This document shows, one piece after another, positions 10,728 to 22,080 of a DNA stretch of 64,000 nt. The position numbers and the translations under genes are program-made. The stretch is from Callorhinchus milii (lineage: Eukaryota), in NCBI RefSeq assembly GCF_018977255.1, contig NW_024704766.1, positions 3,658,001 through 3,722,000 on the forward strand. Reading direction: 5' to 3'. The first letter of the stretch is position 1. Each line of letters begins with the position of its first letter. Under the pieces are notes generated by a model. That model ran no database searches. It was not told the origin of the DNA and worked only from the letters and a program-made list of their open reading frames with translations.

Positions 10728-13294
10728 TTGAACTTGATCCAATGGGGGGAATCAAAATGAACCTAATGAGCTTCTTCTCGTTTCTTCGTTGTGGAAATTG
10801 CCATTGAGCCTGAGCTCTGACGAGAGGAAAGCTTCGGATTTTCAGCGGTTAAAAGGTTAACCATCGCATTCATTCCGACATTTTGACCGAAAGGCGTCCG
10901 TCCATCCCGCTTCAATCTAAGTAAACTTGAGCGGGCGAAAAAAACAAGTCACTCGAACATCTGCTGTCCGCTCAGCTGTTTGCTCAGCCATGCTGCCGTG
11001 TGCTTTTTTCCAGGCATAGGATTCCTCTAATGCCATTAAACGAACATGTGCTGAGTGAATTATTCAGCATCTGCTTCCGATTTAAGGGCCCGAAACTCCG
11101 AGGGGGGAAGTAAAAAAAAAAAAAAAAAATCTGCATATGATATCACTTGAAATGCACACAGCAATTTAACAAAATAATAGTTGTGGGCGAAATGTGGTGT
11201 TTTGAAAACCGCCGTTGGAAATGGAAATGCAATTGGTCATTAAATAGCTGCCATTGTGACTTGCCCTGCAGTGAGGCGGATAAATACAGATTTTTACTTG
11301 ATGTGTGATTTACGTGCATTTTACTTGGTGCACGTTTATTCAACTGAAAGGATACGTACACCCAAAGCATTACCAATAATGAGACTCTGTCGGAAGTTAA
11401 AGCATGAAAACAGCTCCATTTTTGGCTCATTCTTTTCTAAAACTGCCTACAATCGGCTCCTTAGTGTCTGCTGCCCAACTCATTCGGCCTCCTTGGTAAA
11501 GGTTCTGGAAAGATAAGGTGCGATAATGTGGAGGGATAGAGGAAGATCCCTCCAGTCAGGAAGTTTACTGGATATAGTGCCTGAAACCACAGCCACCGAT
11601 GGTCGATCGGAGGGCACAAGGGACAAGCAAGAGACTGGAGCGAGTACAAGTTCTTCTTGACTAGAACGAGTTACCAGAAAGTGTGGCTGAGGCCAGGTCA
11701 CAGAACCTATTTAAAAAAATAGCTCGATGCTGTAATGGGCAGACAGACAGCTGGATTGGTATTCTGGTGGAATAGTAATCCTCGCATTTCATGTAGCACT
11801 TTATGGCATCATCAAAGGACTTCACAATTGTCTACTACAAAGTGTAGTGACTCTGCATTTGTAGGCAAGCAGAGCAGCCAGTTGGCACAAAGCAATATCC
11901 AACAATCAGCCCCGAAACAAATCACTATTTATTCAATAATAATAATAATCCTTGCTTTTGATATACAGGCGCATCTCCATCTGAAGCTCTCTTGGTGCCT
12001 GTCTTGTGAAGTAAATTTAAGATGGAAAAAGGCAATTGTCCAATATATCTCACTCCGCTGAAAGCAGACACCTGGGCTAATGATGCAGCCAACAGTTATT
12101 ATCCTGTCAGTCGGTGCTCAGCTTAAAACATCTCTCTTACTGCAGAACAAAGTCTTTTTCAATCCCAACTATGCAGCTGGCTGTACTTACTCTACCTTAG
12201 AAGTGGGCCACTATTCTATTCTTGCTTGTGTGAGAAGCGGTTTTTTCCCCCAATTACTTAACACGTCCAGTTTCCACTGCTAAAGGTGTCAGTTTTCTCC
12301 AGCGTTCAACTGTTCTCTTTTGAGAGGCGAGATGCACAAACATTAGTTACAGACCAGAGTTCACCACATGTTGATATTTTGCTCCATTTCCCAGATCTAT
12401 TCTTTAAATAAAACGCATATTATTTTTTATATCAATTTGCTTCTTTGCTTAAAATAAACTAGACTCTCGTAAGAATACTGCCTTTCAGAATCTGTTGTAG
12501 CAAAAGGCAAATGCTATTATCAGTGAACCAGCAACAAAAGGCAAAGATCAAGGTTAGTGTCCTAGAATCGTGCCAAGACAGAAACAGTCTATTTTCTACA
12601 GAGTTTTATCTTCATTATCACGAAAGACTGAGGAATCAATCCTCTCTCCACTCGTGCAATGCTTCACTGAAATAACAGCGATCTTGTTGAAAGCAGGTTA
12701 GGGTAAACGGTCACAAAGATGTCATATTACCAGAAAGCAATCGACGAGAGGCTTTTCCTTTGTAAGTAGTGAGTTTGAAATGGCCCAAACTGGATCTGTC
12801 CATTACATGGTTCAGGGAGCATGGAGATTTGGCCAGAGCCACAGTTTGTCAGTAAAGTAGGGAACTTTACAATAATAATTTTTTTGGAATAAATCTAGGG
12901 ATTGAGTCCAGAACTGTTACAATTTCCGGTAAATCACTATCCAGCAATTCTCAAAATTTCCAAACAAATTTATACAATCCCATAAAATTGGGAAATCATT
13001 TTGGCTCCAAAACGAATGCATGGACAACATCAAAATGCCATAGAACACCTTTACGCGCTGAGGATTGACTGTGTATGCGCTCTGAGATGCCACCCGACAT
13101 GGAGGACGCTATATAAATGCAAGTTGTTGTTCTTGTATGCATGTGGCTAACTGTCACACTGTCTTTTCTGTTTCTCATAGATATTGGAATACATTAATTC
13201 TGTAGGGTTGTCATTCTACTTGGGTGAAATCAGCACATATGGCTGTACAGATGTCTACACCCTGACAAACAGATTGCGTAACACACAAGTGGTG

Positions 13295-13470
13295 CTTCAC
13301 CAAGAATCCTTAGGGAAACTTGGGAGGAGATAGCTGAGGCTCTTGTATATATTCTTAAGCATTCTGTAGAGAAAGGAAACATGCCAGAGGACGAGAGAAT
13401 GGCCAAAGCAATAACCATTTGTTTAAAATGTTGATGCAGCTAACCCAGGAAACTAGGGCTATGGTTATAG
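13295..13470 (+). mobile_element. CR1 ORF2 fragment, pre-RT region, decayed
   Basis: Translates to PRILRETWEEIAEALVYILKHSVEKGNMPEDERMA...NPGN, matching the CR1 motif PRVLKE..EIAE.L..IF..SL..G.VPEDW...NPGNYRP. Confidence 0.8.
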
Positions 13471-13944
13471 TCAAGGAATTAGTATCTATGATAATAATAA
13501 TAATAAAACTTGCATTTGATATAGTGTCTTGTCACATCTTCAAGACGGCTCAAAGTTGCTGCACAGAATATTATTGTGTTCATTTTTTCATTCAAAGAGT
13601 TAATAATTTATCCATATACAGTTCAAACTTGTACCAGTCATCCATATAGGAGTATGTTTGTTCTTTGTAAGTTTCTGGTTGACCGTTTCTCGTGGAGTTG
13701 GTATTTCTGGCACTTTTGGAAAGTAACATTTTTGTAAGTCTATGTAGAAAACACAAGGAGAATTGGAAACAACTATGTAACAGCGCAGATCACTGAATGC
13801 TCTTGTCTATTTTTACATGTAATCGTTGCAGTTTGACCCAGCATTTGTAACGTCAAAAATGTTTCGAAACACTTCACTTCACTGTCAAGTGTAGTAAATT
13901 GTATTTGAGGACAATCTGGTCAGCGAATTTCTTCAGTTTTCTAA

Positions 13945-14290
13945 ATAATGATAATAATCCTTGCATTTGTCCTTTCATGTCAAAATGCTTCACAAACGTT
14001 TCTGAATCGTGAAGTGACTGTGCATTTGTAGGTGAACGCAGCAGCTCATTTGCATGTTGCAAGGTCCCAAAGCAGCCATGAGGGGAATAACCCCTTTTTT
14101 TAAAAAAAAACCAGGCGATGCACTGGTCAAGATACCAGGAGAAACTCCTTTCGTCTTTCAAGGAGTCATGTCTTTAACATCCACCTGAACAAGCTGAAAC
14201 ACCTCGTGTGTTCAGATCCCCAGTGTGAGTCTTGAGCCCACAGCCTACCTGACTATGACTCTCTCAGTGCAACCAACTGAGCCAGGCCCT
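13945..14290 (-). mobile_element. Old DeuSINE (SacSINE1-like)
   Basis: Tail TAATAATCCTTGCATTTG, body CTTTAACATCCACCTGAAC and reverse-complemented head. Confidence 0.75.
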
Positions 14291-14302
14291 TGCCTGATAC
14301 CT

Positions 14303-14400
14303 CAACAACAACAACAACAAGATTCCATTTATAAAGCGCCTTTCACGTCAGGAGGACGTCCCAAGGCGCTGCACAGTTGGGTCATGACCCGAGCATTGGG
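14303..14400 (-). mobile_element. L2 3' end fragment
   Basis: (CAA)n followed by GCGCCTTTCACGTCAGGAGGACGTCCCAAGGCGCTG. Confidence 0.8.
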
Positions 14401-14495
14401 GGGAAATGGTCAGGGTGAGGGGAGGGAAGGGAGGGAGCGAGGAGGGGGGAAATGGTCAGAGTGAGGGGAGGGAAGGGAGGGAGCGAGGAGGGGGA
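14401..14495 (+). repeat. 46-bp G-rich tandem duplication
   Basis: The unit GGGAAATGGTCAG(G/A)GTGAGGGGAGGGAAGGGAGGGAGCGAGGAGGG starts at 14401 and again at 14447. Confidence 0.9.
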
Positions 14496-14519
14496 AGAGA
14501 GTCGAGAGGGGAGCTGAAG

Positions 14520-14600
14520 GCACCTCGCCCTTTGGTTTGGCTATTCTTAACCATGGGTTTCCGCATGTATCAGATACCTGGCTGACCAGAAGAAAAAAAA
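14520..14600 (+). mobile_element. 3' end of an unclassified A-tailed repeat (family X)
   Basis: GGTTTGGCTATTCTTAACCATGGGTTTCCGCATGTATCAGATACCTGGCTGACCAGAAG(A)n is homologous to the reverse complements of 35575-35650 and 55795-55865. Confidence 0.7.
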
Positions 14601-17244
14601 CTCAGAACTAACAGCATAGTTAGTCCCTGTTTTGCTTTGTCAGAAGAATTGGACGAAAACTGGTTTATATTATGTAATTATGTGATTTTATACAGACTTA
14701 CACAGGCTAGATGCCAGAAAGATCAACATCCACCAGACCAAATGAGGCCTTTGAGACTTTCATTAAGTGTCATATTAAATGTGTGGTTTAAATTAAGTCT
14801 AAATATATGAACCATGTTTTCCTATTCCTCCTCCCCTTTAATCAGCTTTACCTAAGCGCTGCAAACATGCATGAAGCCACTTCGAAGTATCTTCTTTCAG
14901 TGATGTGCAATCACCACATCTCGATGGAGACCAGTTGAACTGCATCAAACACAGCAATGTTCCACTGCTTACACTTGCCATAGATCCAGGCAATGGGAGA
15001 GATTCCAAGACTGTCTGGTGCAATGGGCTGACTCAATCATTTTGCTTTTATCTGGAAATGGAATCAACCGGGTTAAAAACACCCCTTGAAGATCGGGAAA
15101 ATGCCGATTACGAGGATTCAGTTAAAAAAAATTCAGCCAACAATATAAATTCGAGTTACTAGGAATCAAAAGCAAAATTCTCTCCCTATTAATCAAACTA
15201 AAAACATGGTGGCTGCAAATTAATTCTTCAGAGGTTGGGTGGGGTCAGAGGCGTCTGGTCCCAAACCATTCGCTGGAGACAGAACACGACACGTCCGTAA
15301 TTTTGTGTCTTTGTGATGACCGTTGCCCGTGATTAGAACCTGTGATAATTATCACATCATCAACGACAACAACATGCATTTATATAGCGTCCCTCATGTA
15401 GGGTAGTGACCCAGAGCACTTGTACCCATCACTGCAGTTGTTTGAAACTTACGGTGTTTGTCAGGGCTGTGTAATGCCTTCCAATGGATCGCTTTGTCCA
15501 TTGGTCTCTACAGAACTATCAAACTATAGGCATAATTTACTTTGTGCTTTGAAAATAGCCCAGCTCTAGGTTTGTAATGTATCCTCTCTGTACAATAGCA
15601 CACAAATCAACATACCAAATGACTAGGAAATTAATGACTTACGACTCCATTGTGCCAAGTTACACCAAAATGGAAACAACCCACATCTCACCTGGCAGTC
15701 AAGACACGACACATACCCAGGAACGTTTTGAAGCGTCGCACCACCTTTTTGTACTCAGCCATAACAGAACTCATCATACATCTGTGGCCAAGTAAATATG
15801 GTTGAATGGGAAGAACTCTCGCTTCCTGGGATCAAGCTCCTCGTCAGGACTTGGCACTCTTCCAGTCTAAGCTGACACCCCGATTAATGTGAACAAATAG
15901 AATGTGAGATGGAGTCGCTAAGGGCAGAGAGGCTGAAGGCCGGGCGGAGAACGTGGAGCAGGCCACAGCCTTCTGAGCGGTGGGAGCGGACAGGTTGATA
16001 TTTTGTCGAGGGATGACTAGTCTCATTTGGTTTTTCACTCGAAAACGTCCCCAACTATTCTTTAACAAAATGAGTCAACCACAACAGCAGCTGGAAGGTT
16101 CGGTCGTGATAAGCAGCGCTCAGTAACATTTGAAGGAACAAATCGACGGCGATGACCTCTTTGAGATTCGGTCGCTTTGCATCCCAGTTACAGGGCGTCA
16201 CACTCCAAGGTCTCATTCAGTCCAAGCACCACACACAGCGAGAGTTATCATCAGGCGAGTGCACGAAACAATAACCAGCAAGACACACTCCAACAAGACT
16301 CAGGGAGCCCACAACACAATGCCATGTTATAGAACGTAAGCCGATCTATCTTTCTAAGGAAGCGCCACACATCACAATGCTCACTCAGACGAAGCTTGCA
16401 ATAAATCCTGTGTCCAATTGATTTGAAATCTGTAAACGATTGTCCTTTTCATCTCGCGGTGCTCAAAGGATAAGTCATTGGCTGAGTTTGAGTCGGGGCA
16501 AAGACTAATGAAACACACAATTGAAATATTTCAGTGTTTTATGGAGAAAACTTGATCAGTAGGGCACTGGGTGAAGTGCGGTTGAAAAATAATAATAATA
16601 ATCCTTGCATTTGATATCGCGCTTTTCACAAAATAGGTTTTAAGGAAGGCTTTAAACGTGGTGAAGTAAGAGGGAGATGCTGTAGGAGATGGAGTTCCAG
16701 AGCACATCGGCAGAATGGCTGAAAGCTTTCCACATATGCTCAGGCAGATCATTTGACATGATTTCTGCAGATCGCTGTTTGACAACGAAATCGACCGAGG
16801 GATATTGGGTAGTGAGTTGTGTGGGGTCAGTTCGTTAGATCGTGGAGTCCTGTAGTTTGGCGGTCTGAGCAATCGCCTCGCAACAAGACCAACGATGCGG
16901 GCAAAGAGGTAGATCTTGAGACAAAGAGGAAGATATTAAGGTCCTTCGCAATGAAACCTTGCTGAAGGAATCATGGCGGAAAGAGAGACGGTTGTTGGAA
17001 AATAATGCACATTCTTTTACTGGCAGTTTCTATACCAGGTATTCATTACAAACGTTCTGTACCATAATTACAGTCCTTTTATGGAAGCTAAAATCAGCAA
17101 TGCCAAGTAAATCAGTCTTTATGTGATCCTTTTGATTCGGCTGGAAAAATACTACCGCACTCCCTGAAAGAGCTAATCATGCAAAGAGCACAGAATACAC
17201 AAAGTTTAAGGCAAAATGTATCAGGCTGTAAAAATATCAAATGA

Positions 17245-17500
17245 TAAACCTAGCATTTAATGCAGCTCCTTAGCGCATCACTGAAATTCTCAAATGCTGC
17301 TCAAAAGTTTTACTGCATATTGCAATGATAGTACCTTTGTCGGCGAAAAGAGCAGTCAATTTGGCGCACGTCGGTATCCTACATATAGCCGTGAAAGTGA
17401 TCTTATTTGGAGGATTGCTGACCAGGACACCGGGAGAGAGAAAAACCCACTTCTCTTTTCAAACAGTGCCATGGGATCTTTAACGCTCGCCTGAACAATT
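17245..17500 (-). mobile_element. Old DeuSINE fragment
   Basis: GGATTGCTGACCAGGACACCGGGAGA...CAGTGCCATGGGATCTTTAACG...CCTGAAC. Confidence 0.7.
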
Positions 17501-18312
17501 TAGCTTGAGGAACTGCACGATACTGAGCCTGAATCCACCAGCGATTTCCTTCCTAAACGATGCAAGTGAGATGAGCACTACGGGGAGAGAGGGAGTTCTA
17601 CAATTTTCTCTCTCCCTCTCTCCCCACAGTGTTGGACCACTTGAATTTGTTGTACATTTGTGGGGCAGTAACAAGCAATGAGTACAGTCAAATAATTTAA
17701 AAGCCCTTGAAATAAACCGAACCAAATATTCTTCAAAGTCCGGCCGAGGTAAAAACAGATTTTAAGGAAAAGTAAAGCAAATCTGAAACAGATTCAAAAC
17801 ATGGTCGACGGGTATCAAAGAACCCATTTGAGAACATAAGTGGTAACAGCTGAATGGAAAATCACAATGGAATGCTAAAATTTATCACTCGCTTCCTTTC
17901 TTGTTCATTAATTTGCTAAGCAAATAGAATACGCCAATCGGTTCCCTCCATTAAGTGGCGATTCAAACTTTTTTTGATTAGTTTCTCCCTCGCCCCTGAC
18001 TCCGAAAATATCTTTCCCCCCCCCCAATTTACGTTTCATTATTATTTTCATTTTCAGAAATGCTTTCTTTTCCAGCACCGTATGGATGCTTGCTTCGCAA
18101 GATGCGCTTCGAGGAAAACTCAGACACTTGAGGTTTAGCTTTGCCTATTTAACCCCGTTCTCACAAACTATTGTTATGTCTCAGCTCTATAATATTCCTT
18201 TCTCTTGGGTCTGAGTGGGTGTTCCATGCTAATCAGATGAAGAGCTCAGAGTTCCATAAAAAGGACTATTTTTCTATCCCTAAAAAGCTTTGATGCCTAA
18301 TTTAATCACAAG

Positions 18313-18636
18313 GTGGAGTCCTGTAGCTCAGTGGTTAGAGCACTCGCTTTGCAAGTGAGAGACCTGAGTTCAATTCCAGGCAGAGGGCGAAACCTCAGGC
18401 AAGTTTCCTTACTCCACACAGAGCCTAATAATAATCCCTCCAAAACAAAACAATAATAAATTGGTCATTTTCAATCTACGACTGTTTGTGGGACATTGCT
18501 GTGCGCAATTGGCTGCTGTGTTCGCCCACAAATATACAGTCAATTCACTTTACAGTGTGTTCTGTGAAGCACTTTGGGACGTCCTCCCGACGTGAAAAGC
18601 GCTATATCAAATGCAAGGATTATTATTATTATTATT
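18313..18636 (+). mobile_element. Full-length young tRNA-Deu-L2 SINE, short-linker subfamily (SINE2-1_CM-like)
   Basis: A box TAGCTCAGTGG, B box GAGTTCAATTCC, Deu core TGTGGGACATTGCTGTGCGCAATTGGCTGC and tail GCGCTATATCAAATGCAAGGA(TTA)n. Confidence 0.95.
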
Positions 18637-18728
18637 AAGATACTCCTCAAGTTCCTACCTGTTATCTTTTTGACAGGAGCTGCAAGTTTCAAAATAATTA
18701 ATAACTACCCCTATAATAATAATAACAA

Positions 18729-18898
18729 TGTGGTCACTCATTCCACGACTGTTTGTGGGGACGCTGCTGTGTGCAATAGGCATTTTGCCCACAAAATATA
18801 CAGTCAATTCACTTTACAGTATATTCTGTGAAGCGCTTTGAGACGTCCGGAAGACATGATAGGCACTGTATCAAATGCAAGGATTATTATGTTATTAT
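18729..18898 (+). mobile_element. tRNA-Deu-L2 SINE, 5'-truncated
   Basis: Deu core and tail. Confidence 0.9.
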
Positions 18899-18901
18899 CA
18901 G

Positions 18902-19030
18902 TAGACAGGTAGGAAATGTCCTCTGTGTTTTCTGGTCAGCTGGGTGGGAGGGTGTCTGACCACTTGAGTTTCCGCACGTGAGACAAAATGACGTGAAAAA
19001 AACTAAAGGAGGACATTTCCTACCTGTCTA
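18902..19030. repeat. 129-bp foldback with perfect 22-bp inverted arms
   Basis: TAGACAGGTAGGAAATGTCCTC (18902-18923) and GAGGACATTTCCTACCTGTCTA (19009-19030) are exact reverse complements. Confidence 0.9.
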
Positions 19031-19439
19031 TTAATTATGTCGTTCCTTCTAAGTCAACTTTTGTTATCAGATGTTTCTATCAACAACAACAACTTGCATT
19101 TGTTTAGCATTCTTCATGCACTCTATCATCTGTAATGTTTGGTACAGTCTTAAACACTAAAATCTTTGAGGCTTGTTTTTTTTTGGGGGGGAACTTTACC
19201 TATACAATTTAGAGTTGACATGTCATTGAAGTGCTGAAATTACATTAAGTGTTTAAAATTGCACTTGAGCGATTTATAAATTCAGAATAATGCTTAGTGG
19301 ACATTGACAAATGCTTAACATGAAGTGTGTGTATATAAAAAAAATCCTGAGGGCTTCAGTTAGATAAATGAGAGCAGTTAACACCATTTAATGAGGGAAG
19401 ACAGTGAGTAGGAGATATGGTATTTCTCAGATTGGCTGA

Positions 19440-19733
19440 ATGTAGCTAATGCTACGCCCCAAAGGATCTGTAAGAGTCCACTAGTGTTCTTCCATCTATA
19501 TTAATGATTTGGAAATCGGCAGAAAAGAACAATTTCTCAGTTTGCTGAAGCTAACAAATTAGAGGGGGTGGCAATCTGTTAGGAAGAATTCAGGCGGGAC
19601 ATACATTGCTCAGCAGAGTGGGCTGATACATGGCACATGTAGTTTAATCTTGAGAAGTGCGAATTGTTTAAGACCAGAGAAAAGAAACATACCCTTGTAC
19701 AGTACTCGCTCCCTGGTGTGGAGTAACAGAGAG
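19440..19733 (+). mobile_element. CR1 reverse transcriptase fragment, decayed
   Basis: Frameshifted remnants of PQGSV, IYINDL, FA(D)D.KL.G, Q.DI...EWADTW.M.FN.EKC and GVE.QRD. Confidence 0.8.
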
Positions 19734-20042
19734 ATAATAATAATAATCCTTGCATTTGTTCACGTCGGGAGGACATCCGAAAGCGCTTCACAGAACACAC
19801 TGTAAAGTGAATTGACTGTATATTTGTGGGCGAACGCGGCAGCCAATTGCGCACAGCAATGTCCCACAAACAGTCGTAGATTGAAAATGACCAATTTATT
19901 ATTGTTTTGTTTTGGAGGGATTATTATTAGGCTCTGTGTGGAGTAAGGAAACTTGCCCAAGGTTTCGCCCTCTGCCGGGAATTGAACCTAGGTCTCTCAC
20001 TTGCAAAGTGAGTGCTCTAACCACTGAGCTACACGACTCCAC
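19734..20042 (-). mobile_element. Full-length young tRNA-Deu-L2 SINE, short-linker subfamily
   Basis: Reverse complement of 18313-18636, with about a dozen substitutions and an 11-nt tail deletion. Confidence 0.95.
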
Positions 20043-20489
20043 ATGTGTGGCTGATCTTTTTATAGGAGTCCAACTTCTCTGTGGGAAATACAAAACCTCA
20101 AATCTCAAATCCCACTTAAGGCGTTTTTAATTTTAAAACTATTCCTTCTTGTTCTGCTCTCACGGCCTTGGCATCTTATATTTATCTTGCCCATGCCTCT
20201 CATCATTTCAAAGGCCTTGCTCGCAAGCTGTAAAACAAAGATGATTATCTTGAAACATGGGTAAAGATCTAAGCTCTGACTTGATCAGACCTGGGTACCT
20301 AAAAGTCCGGAGTTTCAGCAACTGAATATATGATGCAGAATGGAGCTATAAATATAATAGCTGCTTCTTTTAATTGCTCTTCATGGAAGTTTTTAAATAC
20401 TGGTGAATACGTGACACTAAAATGTCCACAGTCTTTGACCCAAGAACGTTAACTCTTTTCAAATCAGTTCTCGCACGTTCCCAGGGTTT

Positions 20490-20772
20490 GTGAAGTCCTG
20501 CAGCTCAGTAGTGAGAGCATTTGCTTCACAAGTGAGAGACCTGGGTTTGATTCCCGTCAGGGCGAAATGCTGAGTGAGTTTTCATACTACACACGCCTCT
20601 ATTTAGCCAGCATCAGATAGGAACCTGGTCACTCAATCCACGACTGTTTGTGGGGACGCTGCTGTGTGCAATTGGCTGCCGCGTTTCGCCCACAAAATAT
20701 ACAGTCAATTCACTTTGCAGTATATTCTGTGAAGCGCTTTGAGACGTTTCGAAGATGTAATTAGGCGCTATG
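20490..20772 (+). mobile_element. tRNA-Deu-L2 SINE, long-linker type
   Basis: Head, partial linker, Deu core and most of the tail. Confidence 0.9.
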
Positions 20773-21431
20773 ACAACTACAATCCGTCTTAGGCATAATG
20801 CACTATACCTTAATTTAGTCTTAATTTGGAATCCCTTTCTCTGTTGTTAAGATACGCATAAGCACAGCTTCTGAAGTGACACTCAGTTGAAGAATGTTCC
20901 AAAATTCTTACATTTTAAGACGAGTGCCCTTAGGGCTAAGACCATGAGAAATATTGGGCCCCTTGTTTCTTTAATAGGATCCCATTAACACGAGATGCTT
21001 CAAGTGGTTTACGACATAAATTGATCGTCAGGTTTCCTCAAATTGCCTTGGAGTCTCTGGGAGTTTTGAACATGTGGTAATTTGGTTAGTTGATACTTCG
21101 AGTTGACTCAAACTTAGCCTGATGGTTAAAACACATTTCACTGCTGCTGTGATCAGTGCCCAGGTTAATCGGGGCTTTGGGTGAGCGAAGGGGCCTTTTA
21201 ATTTTCCTGAGAACTGCAGGGATTTCAAAGTGAATGTAATGAGATTGCAAAATAAATCAATTTGTCCCAGCAGTGAAGTGGTTATGGGGAAACCAGACCC
21301 AGGTGAGCAAAACCCTTGTTTTCACTGTGTTGCCCAGTCACCCTCCCATTAATTATTCTTAACCACCACCTCCTGTCTTCTTTTGATTCTGCAAATCAAA
21401 TCAGGAGGCTGACTGAGCACTTATTATTCAT

Positions 21432-21605
21432 GGGGCGAAACATTGGGCAGGTTTCCTTACCCCACACGCCACTGTTTACCCAGCAGTAAGCAGGAACCCG
21501 GTTGTTCTTCGATTGGCGGATCGCTTTCCAGGGGTAATAATCCCTTCAAAATAAAAATCGATCGCCCAATCCACGACTGTTAGACACTGCGAGACACTGC
21601 TCTGT
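21432..21605 (+). mobile_element. tRNA-Deu-L2 SINE internal fragment
   Basis: GGGCGAAACATTGGGCAGGTTTCCTTAC...TGTTTACCCAGCAGTAAG...GATTGGCGGATCGCTTTCC. Confidence 0.85.
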
Positions 21606-21924
21606 ACAACTGGTACATTTGTAATCACAAATAGTACGGTTATGTTTAAAGTTTCAAATGCCAAACATCTGAAATTACAGGATGTTAAGATAGATGAAAC
21701 AGCAAATATTATTAAAAAGCTACCTTTTATTGATAAGTATATTGGTACCTGGCAGATGCACAGAGTCAGAAGCACAGAGACAAGTGGGACAGGGTCAACA
21801 CATTGGTTTACACGTTTTTGCTCAGAACTCAGAGCCAAACTATTTCTTAACCACATGAAAGGAAAATGTGTTAAATGCGCCAAATGTAATTAATAATATG
21901 TGTGGAGATAACTCTGAGAGTGAA

Positions 21925-22080
21925 AGAGGAGAAGCAAAGACTTTTTTTTACACACACAGAGGGTTGCCAGATAGTGGAAATGAATTGCCAGAGATGGCTG
22001 TTGGAGAGTTGATCAGAGCATTTGGAAGGGAATTAAGTAAGGACATGGGCAGGAAAGCATTTACAGGAAAGAACAGGGAA
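21925..22080 (+). mobile_element. CR1 ORF2 C-terminal fragment
   Basis: Remnant of FF.TQRV...WNELPEMAV...IRAFGRELSKDM. Confidence 0.7.

Noticed and set aside
14853-15051. Minus-strand exon candidate (TTTCCAG acceptor, TAG|GTAAAG donor)
   Set aside because: There are stop codons in all three frames. A non-coding exon cannot be supported from sequence alone.
18316-18390. tRNA-Ala(TGC)- or tRNA-Val(CAC)-like genes at SINE heads
   Set aside because: The cloverleaf-like heads run straight into the SINE linker, core and tail. The anticodon varies between copies and the stems carry mismatches, so they are SINE promoters rather than tRNA genes.
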